A DNA stretch of 64,000 nt, taken from the NCBI GenBank assembly GCA_023213395.1, contig CM041465.1, positions 195,803,741 to 195,867,740 of the forward strand. The letters run 5' to 3'. Of this stretch, positions 12,301 through 26,949 are shown one piece after another; positions within the stretch are counted from its first letter, which is position 1, and every line of letters starts with the position of its first letter. The position numbers were made by a program, and so were the translations under genes. The notes under the pieces were generated by a model. The model did not search any database. It had not been told where the DNA came from and saw only the letters and a list, made by a program, of their open reading frames with translations. This DNA is from Cycas panzhihuaensis. Taxonomy: Eukaryota > Plantae > Cycadophyta.

Positions 12301-14580
12301 AATAATCCTTTGTGAGTTTGAAAAGCTATCTTGTAAACATCCTCTGCTTTGATTCAAATTTAGTAGTATCCAGATCATAAATTTGGAAAATATTTAGCCA
12401 CGTGTAATTCATCTAATAAATCATCTACTCGGGGGATGGGATATCTATTTTTGATGGTTAACTTATTTGGAGCCCGATAGTCTACGCACATTCAATAAGA
12501 CCCACTTTTTTCCAAGTATAAAAGGATATGCAAATGGACTGGTGCTTGGGACAATTGATCGCTGTTGTAATAACTCCTATGTTATTCACTCAATTTCCCG
12601 TTTCAAATGAAATAGATGACACTAAGGTCGAATGTTTACAGGAACTAATTGTGGAGCGAGTTTGATTGCGTGCTCATAACCTTGACTTAGGCATAATTCT
12701 TGAGGAAGTTCTTCAAACACTTGATTATACTAATCAATCATGGTTTAGACTTCTGTCGAAACTTCTTCAATGATTAATTTATAACATGAGAGCATGAAAG
12801 AAGTGGGGTTCTTCTGCAATAATTTTTCCATTCGTTGAGAAGAAACTAGTTGTGTTGGGGGAATATCTGGATGTTTGCAATTTGTACATTCAACCTTTTT
12901 GGTGAAAACACATAAAACGTGCTCTTTAATTGGTGACTATATTGCCCAGAGTTTATAGCCACTAAATTCCTAAAGCGACGTCGACACCCCAATTGGCATG
13001 GCGAACATACAGGTCATAGTTGTATAATCAGCTATTCGTAAATCCACCTATTGATAATACCCTCTGCAGGGCATGGTCCTACCATTTGTAATGGCCACTT
13101 GAAAGACATTAAGTGGTTTAATCTAGAGTCCCAGTTTGTCCACCATTAGTCTGTTTATGAAATTATGGGTGCTCCCATCGTCCACCAAAATTGAGATTTC
13201 TGCATTTTTTATTAACACTATAAAGCGAAGTGACTGTGGTGTGCGAACCTCCCATGTGATGGCTTGAAGAGAAATCTAGATGTTGCCAATATCGGTGTTT
13301 AGGACATCTAATTCGTTTATTTTTGCTATTGCTTCGTCCTCTGGATTATCCCCTTCAGGTTCTTTCGATATATTGTCTTCTTCATTGTTTATCATAAACA
13401 TCTTCTTTGCCGAAGATTTATGATCTCGGTTGTATTTGCCTCCATAGTGGAAACAAGTCTCGTTCCTAATGTGTTCGACTTAGGATAGATGCTCATCCTT
13501 TTTCTCAGAGGTTGGGGCCCCTACTTTTGTTCCTGATTGTGTCCAATTTGGTTGGAATTGCTACACTAGATGCGTAGGTGTGTCGTTTCGCCAAACAAAG
13601 TTTTGCCTGCTCTCTTTGAATTCCACTTTGATATTCCTCGCATGATGTATGACATCGTTGAGTTGTAATGCATCTAACGTTTTAAGGTGATATTTGATAT
13701 TCCCCTTTAGACTTGTAATATACACTTCAACTAGTTGTTCTTCATTGATTTCTATCTCTAACAAACTATGAAGGTTTTGGAACTGTGTTGTGTATGCCTG
13801 TACTAATCTGGGCCATTGCAACCTCATGAGTTGAGCAAAATAATTAGTATTCCACGTTTCTTCGCATTGCTCAATGATGCATTTCTTCCGAAAATTCCAA
13901 TTAAAGTGGCTTGTCTTTGTATAGAATCTCTGCAACCAATGGTAACATTTTAGAGCTTTTCCATAAAGGTGAAGGGCTCTTACCACCAATTTTTCCTTGT
14001 TTGCTATGGGAGTTGCTTTGAAATAGATTTCTAGCTGTAAGATCCAACTTTGAATATATTTGGACCTTTCAGGGTCGAATTTCTCTAAAAGGAATTTGGT
14101 TCCTTTGATTCTGGGACCAAATTGGTACCCTAGATCTCCCTCTTCTTCTTCCTCTATGTACTCTTCATGTTTATGATTTCTAGATGGACCTATGTCATTT
14201 TTCCTTCCTATGACTATATTTGTAAGTAGCCAAATATCCCGTTTTATTTGAGCTAAATCGTTGGTATCGTCAACGTGATGGGATACCAATACTACTATCT
14301 CTGATGGTTGATTCACCATTTTATTGGATGAAAGTATTTTTCCTGATCTTAATTCCATTCTAAAAATTTTATCTTGCGCAACACTTCTTCTTAACCCAAC
14401 TTCGAAACGAAGATCTAATACCAGTTGTAGCAGTCTTACAACTTCGTCTCTAGGATTTATGAATAGAAGACTCCCAAAAATAAATAACAATCCAAAGATA
14501 TACTAACAAGAAGGAAAATTGCAACAATAGATAATGAACAATAACCACTGAATAATATCTTAAGTTCAGAAAGTAAAATG
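9397..14580 (-). mobile_element. Decayed Ty3/gypsy chromovirus (3' LTR 9397-9915, truncated 5' LTR 14426-14580)
   Basis: Order gag-PR-RT (MPFGLTNAPAAFQ)-RNase H (ECDAS)-INT-chromodomain (EYLIKWK..TWE). PPT aaggggagggact; degenerate Met PBS at 14412-14425. LTR copies are about 89% identical over 155 bp. Confidence 0.93.
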
Positions 14581-17500
14581 GTTTGACCAACAAGGAGAAA
14601 CCAGTGGTAGTCGCTCTACATCTTTACGAAAAAGCGTTATAATATTACCATTGGTGGCAGAGATTCTATGAAGCAACAGTCCATTATACTTGGATTTTTC
14701 TAAAAAGGGCTTTAATTGAACAATATGAGGACATGACAAAAACAGATTATTTTGCCCAACTTACTAGGTTACAACAGATTGGAACAATGCAAGCTTATAT
14801 AGAACAATTTCAAGTTTTGCATAGCTTGATTGAAGCTAATATCAATGAATGACAATTAGTAGAGGTCTATGTCGCAAGACTTAAAGGAAATATCAAGTAC
14901 TGCTTGAAGACATTAGATGTAAGCTTTCTTAGTGATGCCATTTGCCACGTAAGGAATATTTAGGCAAAATTTAAAGAGAACAGGCAAAGCTTTATTTGCT
15001 GAGACGATTTTCTGAGACAACTTGGCCAACAATTTGTACCGAATTTGAGACAATCTAGGACTAAAGTAGGGGCTCCTACGGTCGAAAAAAGGGAAGAGCA
15101 ATTATCAAGTGCTGAACACGTTAGAAATGGAGCTTGTTTCTGCTATAGTGGAAAAGACAACAGGGATCATAAATGTCCACCCTAGAAGATGTTTATGATA
15201 AGCAATGAAGAAGAAAATGTTCTCGAAGAAATTATAGAAGAAGAAACTATAGGCAATGAAGAGGAAGTTGAATTGGACGAGCTCCTCAATATCAATCCGA
15301 AAAATGTTCAAATATCTCTCCAGGTAATTACCGACGAAGTACACGCGCCCCAGACCTTATGATTCTCAAGGAGGATCAAAAATGTGAAAGTTTTGATCTT
15401 GGTAGATAATGGAAGTACTCATAACTTCATAAATCGGCCTACAACAACTAAGTTAGGGCTTCCGATTAAGCCAATTACTGTATTCTGTGTGGTTATCACA
15501 AATGGGAAAACCATGCCTTATAGTGGATGTTGTCAATAGGTAAATCTATGAATTGTTGATTACTCAACTACGACCGATATGTTCGCCATGTTAATTGGAG
15601 GGGTTGACGTCGTTTTAGGAGTCTAATGGCTACAAACCCTAGGTAACATTGTTACCAACTACCAAATGTGTTTCATGTGCTTTCACCAAAAGGGACAAAA
15701 ATACAAACTACAAGCTCCATAGGTACCTCACGTACAAATGGTGTCATCACAGCGAATGGAAAAAAAGCTTCAGAAGAATCCTACTTCTTTCCTGCTTTCT
15801 TGTTACAAGATAACTATCGAAGAAGTCCCATCAAAGGTTAAAACCCTCATTGATCAGCATAGTACAATGTTTAAGAAGCTCCCTCCCGAGCTACCTCCAA
15901 ATCATGGGTGTGAACATGCCATTGAGGTGGCCCCACAATCAACCATAGTGAACATTAGGCCTTATCGGTACTCATTACACTTTAAACAGGAGATTGAACA
16001 TATTACGCATAAGCTCTTAAAGTCGGGTATCACCACTCATAGCACTAGCCTGTTCGCCTCATCGATCATACTCTCCAAGAAGAAGTATGGATCATATCAA
16101 ATGTGCGGTGACTATCGAGCTCTTAATAAAATAACCATCAAGAGCAGATACCCAATTCCACATATCAACGACTTTCTAAATGAATTACATGGGGCTAGGT
16201 ACTTCTCTAAAATCGACCTATGATCTAGCTCTATTATCAAATCTGCATTAACACTGAAGACACTCACAAAATGACATATCACACGCATGAAGGACTGTTC
16301 AAGTTTTGAGTTATGCCATTCGGGTTGACAAATGCTCCAGCGATCTTTCAAAGCATGATGAAACAAAAATCTGAAGCCATACATACAAAAGTTTGTTTTG
16401 GTTTTCTTTGATGATATCTTAATTTATAGCTGAACTTGGCAGGAGGACATAGAGCATATTTGTATTATTCTTTAGCTTCTATAGGATCAACAACTTTTTG
16501 CCAATAGGAATAAATATTTATTTGGACAGACCGAGCTAGAATATTTGGGCCATATCATCACTTCGGAAGGGGTATGAATTGATCCAAAGAAGATTGAAGC
16601 AATCATCAACTGGTCAACACCGGAAAATGTGTCAGGAGTATTTGGATTTTTGAGAGGTGCAGGATTCATACGCAAGTTTATTAAGGGTTACCCTCACATA
16701 GCCACTCCCTTAACAAATCTGACTAAGAAAGATATATTTAAGGAGGCACAAATGGCTGAAAACGCTTTTCAACAATTAAAAGCAGTTATGACCTCATCTT
16801 CGGTCTTAGCAATGCCCGATTTTGCGAAACCATTCACTATCGAATGTGATGCATCGGGTTTTGGTATAGGGAAGGTACTCTTGCAAGAAGAAAGGCCAAT
16901 TGCGTACGCCTCAAACCTATATATGATAAAGAAATGCTGGCCATTATGCACGCCATCCACCAGTGGTGACAATACTTGTTAAGAAACAAGTTCATTGTTA
17001 AAAGAGATCATGATAGCTTGAAGTACTTCCTTAACCAAGCATCCTTGACAGATAAACAACAAAAATGGGTAAGTAGATTGCAAGCCTCTGATTTCTTAAT
17101 AGTCTACAAAAAGGGAAAGGAAAATATCATAACAGACATGCTGTCCAGATCAATGACAAAAACTCAAGAGGACAACCCAATTTCTTGAAAGAACATTACA
17201 GCGATAACTCTAGGCGAGACCAAGGAATTAATCATCCAGGGTTACATAGATGATATTCATTCCCAAAAAGCCTTGCAAGAGATAGAGAAGGGAATTAATA
17301 CTAAGTATACTCTTCGGGGTAATCTAATCCTAAGAAAAGGGAAATTGCTAGTTCCTATGGCCGCAACAATAAAAATGATGGTCTTGGAAGAAGCACATTG
17401 CTCTACATCGAGAGGCCTTACGAGAGTTGATACAACTTACCGAAAGATTATGGACACTTTTTTCTAGAAGGAATGAAAGCAGAGGTACAGAAGTTTCTAG

Positions 17501-19150
17501 CAGAATGTGATCTATGCCAACAGAACTATAGTGAAAATCTAAAAATTCCCGGTTTACTCCAACCACTACACATTTTAGAACAAAAGTGGGAGGAGATATC
17601 TATGGATTTTATCACAGCACTACCTAAATTGGAAGGTAAAGATGCCGCTTTTGTAGTAGTAGATCGCTTAACCAAATATGCATATTTTTGGGGAACACAA
17701 ACAACGGCTAAAACAACACAAATAACGAAGTTATTCATCCAAAAAGTGTATAGACTCCACGGATTCCCAAAGGTAATCATCAACAATCGTGAACCCAAAT
17801 TTACCAACCATTTCTGGCAAGAATTATTCAGGTTAGCCGGTACCAAGCCGAATATGAGTACGATATATCATCTACAAAGAGAGGGACAAACTAAGGCAGT
17901 AAACACATGCTTTGAAGGATGTTTACGTAATTTTGTTGATGAAAGACCACACCAATGGCACAAATGGCTTCACCTAGCGGAATGGTGGTATAACACAAAC
18001 CTACTATACTGCCACCAAGATGACGTCGTTCCAAGCATTGTATGGTTTTGAACCACCTTGTATGGTTTTGAACCACCTTCGATCTTGAGTTAACTAGACC
18101 TTCCAAAGCCCAGGCAGTAGAAGAATGCCAACAACAAGCAAGAAAAATATTGGAAGCATTAAAAGACAATCTCAATATGGTGTCGAATCGAATGAAACAA
18201 TAGGCAGATCTCCAAAGATCAAAACGAATATTTGAAGTTGGGGATTGGGTATTCCTTCATTTGCAGCCATACAAACAAATCAGTCTTAAGCAAGCAAGTC
18301 ATAATAAATTACAACCAAAATTTTTTAGACCCTACAAAATTTTGGCCAAGGTAAGTGAAGTGGCATATTGGTTAGAACTTCCCTCAACTTGTCAAATCCA
18401 CAACACATTCCACATCTCTCATTTCAAGAAGAAACTTGGAGAAGGTGTTTCGATCCAAGCTGATCTTCCCATATTAGGCAAAGAAGGAAAGATGTTAGCA
18501 AAACCCAAAGGCATTTTGCAAGAACGCATCAAAAGTTTATGTTCCATGGAAATCAAAGAATATCTTATTAAGTGGAAAATAGGAGATAACAGTGATGTAA
18601 CATGGGAAACAGAGAAATGGTTACATCAATACCCCAACTTACTCATGCTTTGAGGGCAAAGCACGTTTTCAAGGGGCGGGACTTGTAGCAAGTCCTCAAT
18701 TGACCGCCTTCTCTAAAAAAATTGACTTGAATAAAATATGTTATGCTTAAGTTCTTCCCAACTATTGTGGCCAACTTAGTACTTTTTCTCGCCAACCTCA
18801 TTAAGTGTTATGGCTGACCAATTTAGGAGTTGGTTGAAGGACTATTTAAGCAAGTTGCTGGGCACCTTTAGGATCATCATCCAAACTATTCTCCTTGTTT
18901 AATTTTTGGCTCTTCGGCTGCATTTTTGGAGGGCACCTCGCCTCGAAGAGGGATCCTATTTCAGCTTCATCACTTGATTATTTTGAGCATAATTGTATAT
19001 ATAATTTGTTCGACAATTATATGATATTTAGCTTCGTCATTATCCAATTCTAGACTGTTGTTTTTAACTTATTTGCAGATGTAATCTATACTTAGAAAGT
19101 TGATATTTTTGTTCAACATAAGTATTTTCAAAAGAATTGTGTACTGATTT
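14581..19150 (+). mobile_element. Decayed Ty3/gypsy chromovirus, 5'-truncated, 3' LTR from 18684
   Basis: ORF fragments DYRALNKITIK, ECDASGFGIG, ISMDFITALP and KEYLIKWK..DVTWE; PPT aaggggcgggact followed by tgtagc. LTR end approximate. Confidence 0.92.
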
Positions 19151-19170
19151 TTAGCCCTCCCTTAGATATC

Positions 19171-21148
19171 GATACAAATGAAACATGGGATTCGATAGAA
19201 TTGCCTAAGGGAAAATAAGCAATAAGTTGCAAATGGATATACAAAACCAAATTTTGATCTGATGGTTCAACCTAGCATCACAAGGCTCAATTGAGTGCTA
19301 AGGGATTCAAACAAAAAGAAGGCATTGACTATGAGAAGACCTTTGCACTAGCAACAAATATGAATACCGTCATATTAATATTGGCCTTAGTTGCTTAATG
19401 CAAGTGACCGATTTATTAGATAGACGTGATGAGCGCCTTCCTAAATGGTGATCTTCAAGAGGAGGTATACTTGGAGCAACTTCCTACTTACATTTCACAT
19501 GGCAAAGAATATTTGGTTTGTTGCCTCAAAAAGGCATTGTATGGTTTGAAACAGGCCCCTAGAGTTGGTATTCCAAAATTGATGATATTTTCAGAGACAT
19601 GGCTATCATCAATCCTTATCAAACCCTAGTTTGTACATAAAAGTTAGGGATAACCATGTTGTCTTTGTCATTCTATATGTTGATGACTTAGTGATCATTA
19701 GGAGTGACATTAAGATGATACAGATTCTCCAGGATGACCTTAACAGACATTTCAAAATGACAGATCTTGGACTTCTCCATTATTTTCTAGGCATGAAGGT
19801 GTTGCAACAGCCAGTCTATATCTTCATCTCTCAAGCAAAATACACTTGGGACATTTTGCAGCAATTTAAAATGGAGGACTACAAACCATCACCTATGCCC
19901 ATGGAGAATGGCACAAAAAAAATCACATGATGAGGAAGCGAAATCAACAAATTCCACACTATACCAACAGCTAGTGGGTTGTCTCATCTCCTTGACTAAC
20001 ACTAGACTGGATCTCTCATTTGCAATTGGGATATGTTCCAAATACATGTCTCAACTCAATCAAAAGCATTGGAATGTAGTTAAATGTATCCTGAGATATA
20101 TCAAAGGTACATTGCAGCATGGCCTTCAGTATACACCCAATGAAAACTCCACATTGAAGGGGTTCTCAGACCCTGATTGGGCAGGATGCCAGGATAGTCG
20201 TCAATCGATCTCAAAATGTTGCTTCAACCTTGGGTCAACAATTGTTTCATGAAATTGCAAGAAGCAACCCAATGTTACCTTGTCCTCCACAGAAGCAAAG
20301 TGCAAAGCTGCAGTCAACACAAATTGCGAGGCTATATGGCTGAGGAGGATTCTTAACGAGCTTGGACTCAAGCAAAATCACCCCACCAAATTGTATTATG
20401 ACAACCAAAACGTGCTCAAGTTGTTGACTAAGAACTAGTATTTCATGTAACAACCAAGCACATTGGGGTCCATCACCATTTAATCAGAGAGCATGTGCAG
20501 AATAGTGAGATCGACCTCTTCTACAAGCCCACAGATCAACAACTATTAGACATCTTTACTAAGCCACTTACTAGAGAAAAATTTTATAAATTCAGGGATT
20601 GTCTAGGGGTAAAGCTTAACATTGTAGACATTAAGGGGGGGTGTCAAACTTTTATGTTTCAGTGTTAAATCATGTACTCCATATTGTTATGTTATGTACT
20701 TTATGTAAAGTACTTTACCACTCAATATGATAAAGTACACACACACACATTCTTTCTAGTGAGCACGATGTTGTAATTTGACACCCACATTCTTTCCAAT
20801 GAGTGCAATGTTGTAACTTGAGGGTCAATGTACCCCTCATACACTTTTGCACATGTGAATGCACATGGGTTATGGCGCGCATGTTTGACAAGAGTCAAAC
20901 ATGCAACCCCCTAAGCTTTTGCCTCCTTCTCTATATATTGAGACCATTTTCTCATGTAGAGCATAGAGTGAGAGGTAATGTATTATTATGTTGCTCATTT
21001 GAATACAAGATAATCTTGTCATTTTGGAGCTAGAAGCAATTCCTACTACTCCATTGCTAATGTCTTTCTTATGCTTGAGTGTTTGCTTGCTTGTTGGCTA
21101 GTTCATGTAGTGTTATTGATTGATGCTAATCATTTGAATCTCTTAACA
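19171..21148 (+). mobile_element. Ty1/copia RT-RNase H fragment with 3' LTR (20642-~21148)
   Basis: AFLNGDL, LYGLKQAP, LYVDDL, FSDPDWAG; PPT ttaaggggggg precedes tgtcaaac. Confidence 0.88.
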
Positions 21149-21479
21149 CACTTGCTCCTCAAGTGATCCTAGGTTGTCTTTGCGGCATTGGAGCTTATAC
21201 CACATTCAACATGAATTTTGTATCAAGTTCTATTATTAATTTATGATCATTTATTGTTGCTATTTATCAATACATGGATGTTATGCTGCATATGACTATT
21301 GAATGATATCTTATGAGGATGTACTAATGTAAATATATGATATTTTGATGTGAACTTTTGAGAACATTATTGTTATCTATTGGAAATACTTTGTAAATGA
21401 ATGCTTCCTACTATGAACACCTGTGATTATCTCCATTATCTATTGTCTCAAGGATTGGACCCACTGTACTTCCTGCTAC

Positions 21480-23922
21480 CCCATTCTAGTGTGATGTATC
21501 TAGAGTTGTGAACTACCTCCAAATTCGTTGGCTCTTGCAATACTAATCGAATTCTTTTGAGGTATATTTCCTTGGCTTCATCCCACTTTCATTTTCTGCT
21601 TTGCCTTTAAATTCTATGAATATCTCAAAGGCTTAAGGCTTATCCATAATGAAGAACACCCAAATCTTTGTTGAGAAATCATCAATGAAGATTAAGAAAT
21701 ACTTAGCACCTCCATGCAATGTTGTTAACATTGAGCCATATAAATCAATATGCACCAAGGCTAACTTCTCCCTTCCTCTCCAAGCTTTACATTTCTCAAA
21801 TTTCTTCCTGTGATGTCTATCCATTATGCATGCTTCATGCAAGCATTTATCAACTATGATTTTAGAAAAACTATGCACCATGTTTAGCCTAACACCAACT
21901 TGAAACGAGAATAGTTCAAATGCCCCATTCTATTATGCCATAAATTGTCTTTCTAAGTTACTTCGACAACAAATGCTTTCTAATATTTAGATTTCACCTT
22001 TAACTTGAAATGGTTTTCATCTTCGACAACAATTGTTGCACCCATTTTATTTCTATATTTGATTATTTATTGCCCATTTCCTAAATGAACTCATTTTTTT
22101 GCTCAATCTAGCTTATAAAGATCAAGCTTTCCTTTAATTCAAATACATATAGCACATCATTCATATAGTTATCACCATTTATTGAGACTTCATCAAGTCC
22201 TCTAATTGATAGTGCAAAGTTGTCTCCAAGTGTGGCAGATTTTCCTAATGAATCATTCATGTTCCAGATCCACTCTTGCTTGCTTGTCATCTTTCGAGTA
22301 GCTCCCAAGTCCATGTACCAAGATTCTTCAACATTATGTTGTGACTGGTAAGCAACAACATAGAGCTTTTTGCCTATTTAGTAAAATGTCCTAATTGCCT
22401 CTTTATTTTATTGATCATACTACATTTTTCTAGTCCCTTTTTAAGGGGCAAGGCTTACCACAATAGTAACATACTTTTGATTTGTTTTTTCCTCTAAAGA
22501 ACTCAGGGTCCTCCTTTCGAACATTTTGTTCCTCCATCTTCTTTGGAGTGAAAATATTCTTCATCCCTTTGGACTTTGCAACATATGCCTTGAATGATTC
22601 ACCATCAGCATTATCCTTCAACAATTGTTCATGCTATAACAAGAAGCCTTCAAGTCCATCAAATGTCATAGTTCCAAGCTTTCTAGCTATGGTTTGTTGG
22701 TGACAAAGCTTTCATAAGAGCTAGGCAAAGTCAAGTATACAAGCAAACAATTCCATGTTAGTGACTATCTAACCAATAGTGCCAAGTAGGTTTTTAATTC
22801 CCCTTTTGTTAGAAGTGGTCTATCATGCCATTTGCTAGCTTCAAACTATACAATTGATTTCTAAGCATTAATGCCCTTGCATTATTTCTATTTTCATAAA
22901 GGGACGTTATTGTGTCCCACAAACTAATAATCGCAAATACAACCTTGCTCTTAATATCAAAATCAGCATGTGAACCGGTGTTAATATCATGCCTAATAAT
23001 TGTACCATCAACAAAACCCCATAAAATTATTGAGCATCAATAAGTCGTTCATTTTTTGCTTTCATATCCCGTAGTTTTCTACATCTATTAATTTTTCTAG
23101 GAGGGCAATTAGAGCATTAGTAGTCATTTTGTAGAGAATGACTCAAAAAGTGGTAAAAGAGTAGGCATGAATACACCACAAGAGCTTAAATCAGCCCAAC
23201 ACATAAAAGTGCTCCCTTTTTTACGTTTTTCGAGACACAATAGGACAAAAGACGATTAAAAAATGCCCACAAGCATGAGTTTACAATTGAACTCAAAGTT
23301 TGTAAGGTTTTCTCACAAAACATTGACAAAAAATAACTTGAAAAATAAGTCCAACCCCTTCTTATAATTAAAAACAAGGTCACGCGTAACACTGATATGC
23401 CTTTGGGCTAGAAATTAAAAGGAGCATATTTTAAATATTCTCAAACTCAACTAAATTAAAACAAGCTTTACGGAAAAGAAAAGGATAATTTTTAGAAAAA
23501 AATTGAAATTGCATCTACAATTTTTTTTTTCATTTTGTTGTTGCCAATTTTCTAACCACAAACAATCCTCTACCCTAGATCGACCTTGCAAGAGATTCCT
23601 CATGTATCTAGATTAACTATATTCCAATTTGTATTCCAAGAAAGCCTACAACAAAACAAAGAGCTACCCTAGACCCAACTTGAACTCTTAAGCTCCAATA
23701 CTAAATGTGAATAAAAGAGTTAAGAACATAATGCAAACAAAGAGGAGAAACACAAGTATGTGTGGTAGAATTAGTCTACCAGGCAAAGAATAATTGGTAT
23801 TCAATGAATAGGAGTACAACATGTAGGTGTATATACAAATTTATGCTTGTGCATGCTAGATGCTTGTCATCCATGAAAGAAGGTGCCCAACTAATCCACA
23901 TGAAAAATTAGAACTGGCAACA
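21480..23922 (-). mobile_element. Heavily decayed Ty1/copia 5' half (gag-PR-INT)
   Basis: CYYCGKP knuckle, DLGAT protease motif, LVHIDLYG..YFLIFIDD; degenerate PBS near 23691-23705. LTR about 23706-23922 is tentative. Confidence 0.75.
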
Positions 23923-26900
23923 TTAAGTGTTGACCCTGAAGTACAATAACTGCTGTAAGTACACAATGTAAATATTAATTACATCTCATAATAGCTACAG
24001 TTGGATAGAAACAACCTTTGATTCCTAATGAAGAGTAGCACTGCAACAAACATTGCCCACCAAAACAGATTACTGAACAATTCTATACATGTGCTTTGCA
24101 TAGACTGCAAACTAGTAGAGTAGTAGCAAAAACTTTTGGCCATGAGTACTAGAATAGTCAATTCTCAACCCCAAGAAAGACAAGGTCCTAGGACTTCACA
24201 ACAAGGAGTCATGGCCAACTTCTCAGCATGCCCAACCTCATGTAATGTGTTCATCCACCATGGAACTATAGATTTTAGAATTATTAATATCATGAAAAGT
24301 ACCACTAAGACTTAGCAACCACAACAATGTGCACGTAATTGTCATTGTTCACTTGGTATATAGATGCATAATTTTAGATGGATGATTAGACAGATTTACT
24401 TTTCTTGTATACTTTGAGGTAAACATAAATTGGAGATGCTTGATGCACTCCTCCTTGCTATAATGTAAACTCATCATTTCTGTTAGAGTTGTTGATCATC
24501 TTCGGTCATTTGAAGACATTAGTATAATTTCTATTTCTATTTATGGTGCCTTTTCTTTTAACTCATATATTGTTGTTGTATTGATTTTGTCGTTGCAACA
24601 TATACTACTGTTTTCTAGCCTTAATTGTAGTTTACTCCATAAACATTCTCATATATAGTCTTATGCAAATGGTAAGAGAAAACAATACTTTTCATATACA
24701 TAATGTCGGATGAAATATTATGAACTAGTAGCATTAGAGGGTTGAAGGAATAGGGGGTTGGAGGACTGAGGTGTAGTACTTTTTTCAAGGGAGGTGGGAG
24801 TGGGGGCTTTTCAAAGTGCAATCCCATTTACACACTTTTACTCTCTTTATTGTTTGCTTTGAATGAGACTTTATTTTGAGTAAAGCACTTGTGTTCTGCT
24901 TTTATACTTTAGGTGTCATTTTATGGTTTTCTTATTATTTTTAAAAATTTTCGGTGGCTTTGTGTGCAAATCTCGATGTGGGTTAGCCTAAGCTTTATTG
25001 TGGGGTTTGACTAGGGTTTGTCCGAACACAATCAAGGTTCACCAACTTTGACTAAGTTGAACCTTATGCCTAACCAAGGAGAACCTGAACCCAAATCCAA
25101 GAACCAGGTTCAGGTTTAAATAAGGTTGAAGAACCTGTCTACAAAGGCTTGCAAACCCAACAACCATAAGGAAACGTTTATCTTTTGCCTTGATTATGCA
25201 AATAGAAAACTTCTAAATTTAAGTATTAAATGCAATTCACCTATATGTCCAAGAACAGAATAAAAGCAGGTAGAAAAAAGGGAAAAAAGGAAAGAAATAC
25301 ACTAATGTCTACAAATGACCAAAAGCAATCAACAGGATTGTAAAGAAACTGCTTGAGTACAAATACCAAATAAGGGTGCCTCAAAGCATCCCAAAACTAA
25401 ACCTAACAAAATACTAACTAAATAGAGCAACAAATTACTTTCAATAACCTAATATGTGTAAAAGAAATCCTAGGAATCTAAAACAAGATAACTCTGCATC
25501 CACAATCATTATCTAAGGCCCCTGTTATCCTCTTCTCCCTCATTAACAACTACAAAGTCCACTTATCACCTGACTTAAGAACTAATCAACTAGATGTTGG
25601 AATAATGTACATTCCCATTACATGTCCATTTAAGTTCATTTCATTTCATTAGAATAATTGCTCATATAGAATATTCTTGATGAGAATATTCTAGTGAGAG
25701 AAGATTCTTAGTCAAAGATGCTCAACTATTAATGAGGTGGTTTGAGCACACCAAAAATCATGGGAGTTGTTGAACCACCTCCTATGTTTAGACTTAGTGT
25801 AAAGTTATAAATATATATTTGTACCTTGCATATTTTCTTAATGAGATTTGGAGAGTTTTGAGTCATTTGTCGTATTGTCATCTCTTGCGTATTTCTCATG
25901 TGCTTTATAACATGTCTCCTACTCCTATCCACTCATTCCTACATGGTATCAGAGCACTTAGGTTCTTAACACTTGTGTGATGCCATAGCCTAGATTTCTA
26001 ACAGCTCTATGCTGAAATCTAGTGACCATTTCTGCTATGTATGTGTGTTAGGTCTATCTATAGTCCTTGGTAAGGAGCTATACATGCACTGATTTCAAGT
26101 TACAACTATGAGTATGCCGAGTTTGTCTTTATACAAAGTGCATTCTCTTTTAACAATGTTTGTGTAAAATTAATGAAAGGGAATTATAGAGGTAGCTACC
26201 TCATCACATGATTGTTTAGCTACCCTGCATCCTTTGTGCCTCCAGACAACTGCCGCTACTCTGTTGACTTTGAATGCCACATCATGGGTGTTGCCATTGT
26301 TGTATCAGTCGTTGCCATTCGAAACTCATCTGATGGAACGCCGTCACTGTCCGGTTGCCATCGCCACTTTGCATTTCGTCTGTTTAGTTGCCTCTGCAAC
26401 TTGGGATGGCGTTGCCCTTTGCTATTGAAATGCCAGTCTCTGTTCTCACCGACCGCACAGAAGAAGACGAACTAGAGCGGAACCGCCACTAATGTCACCA
26501 TCCGCTGACCTGCATCGTCCGAGCCGCCACATTCTCTGTACAGCAACCGAGATGGGACGAGCCGTCGACAGACTAGCCGCCATTGACGGGAGCCAGAAAA
26601 CCGAGCCGCCACCTAGCAGACGGGAGCCGCCAATCGGCTCTATTGATTCAATCGCTTTGTTAAATCGCCGCCGAGCCACACCGCCTCTCGGTAGCCACTG
26701 TAACGCCGTCACAAGAAAGCGAAATAAGCCACCGCCGATCGAGACACCCCCGTCATCGGAAAAATAGGAATTAGAAATCTAATTCTACAGTTTATGAACT
26801 TTGTATTATAAACGTTAGAATTATTTTAAGAATATTATAATCTTTATAAAGTTTTTATAGAGTTTGTTAAAGAGACTTATTTATCTTTGAAGAATATTCA

Positions 26901-26949
26901 ATTGGACCTTACACTCTAAAAGCACTTAGTATAATATGTTGTCCTTAAT

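Noticed and set aside
26212-26767. Overlapping ORFs in GC-rich segments (also 3525-3864, 40897-41543, 62023-62446, 63370-63769)
   Set aside because: Stop-poor GC-rich LTR or leader sequence with no recognisable domains; ORFs on both strands are expected by chance.
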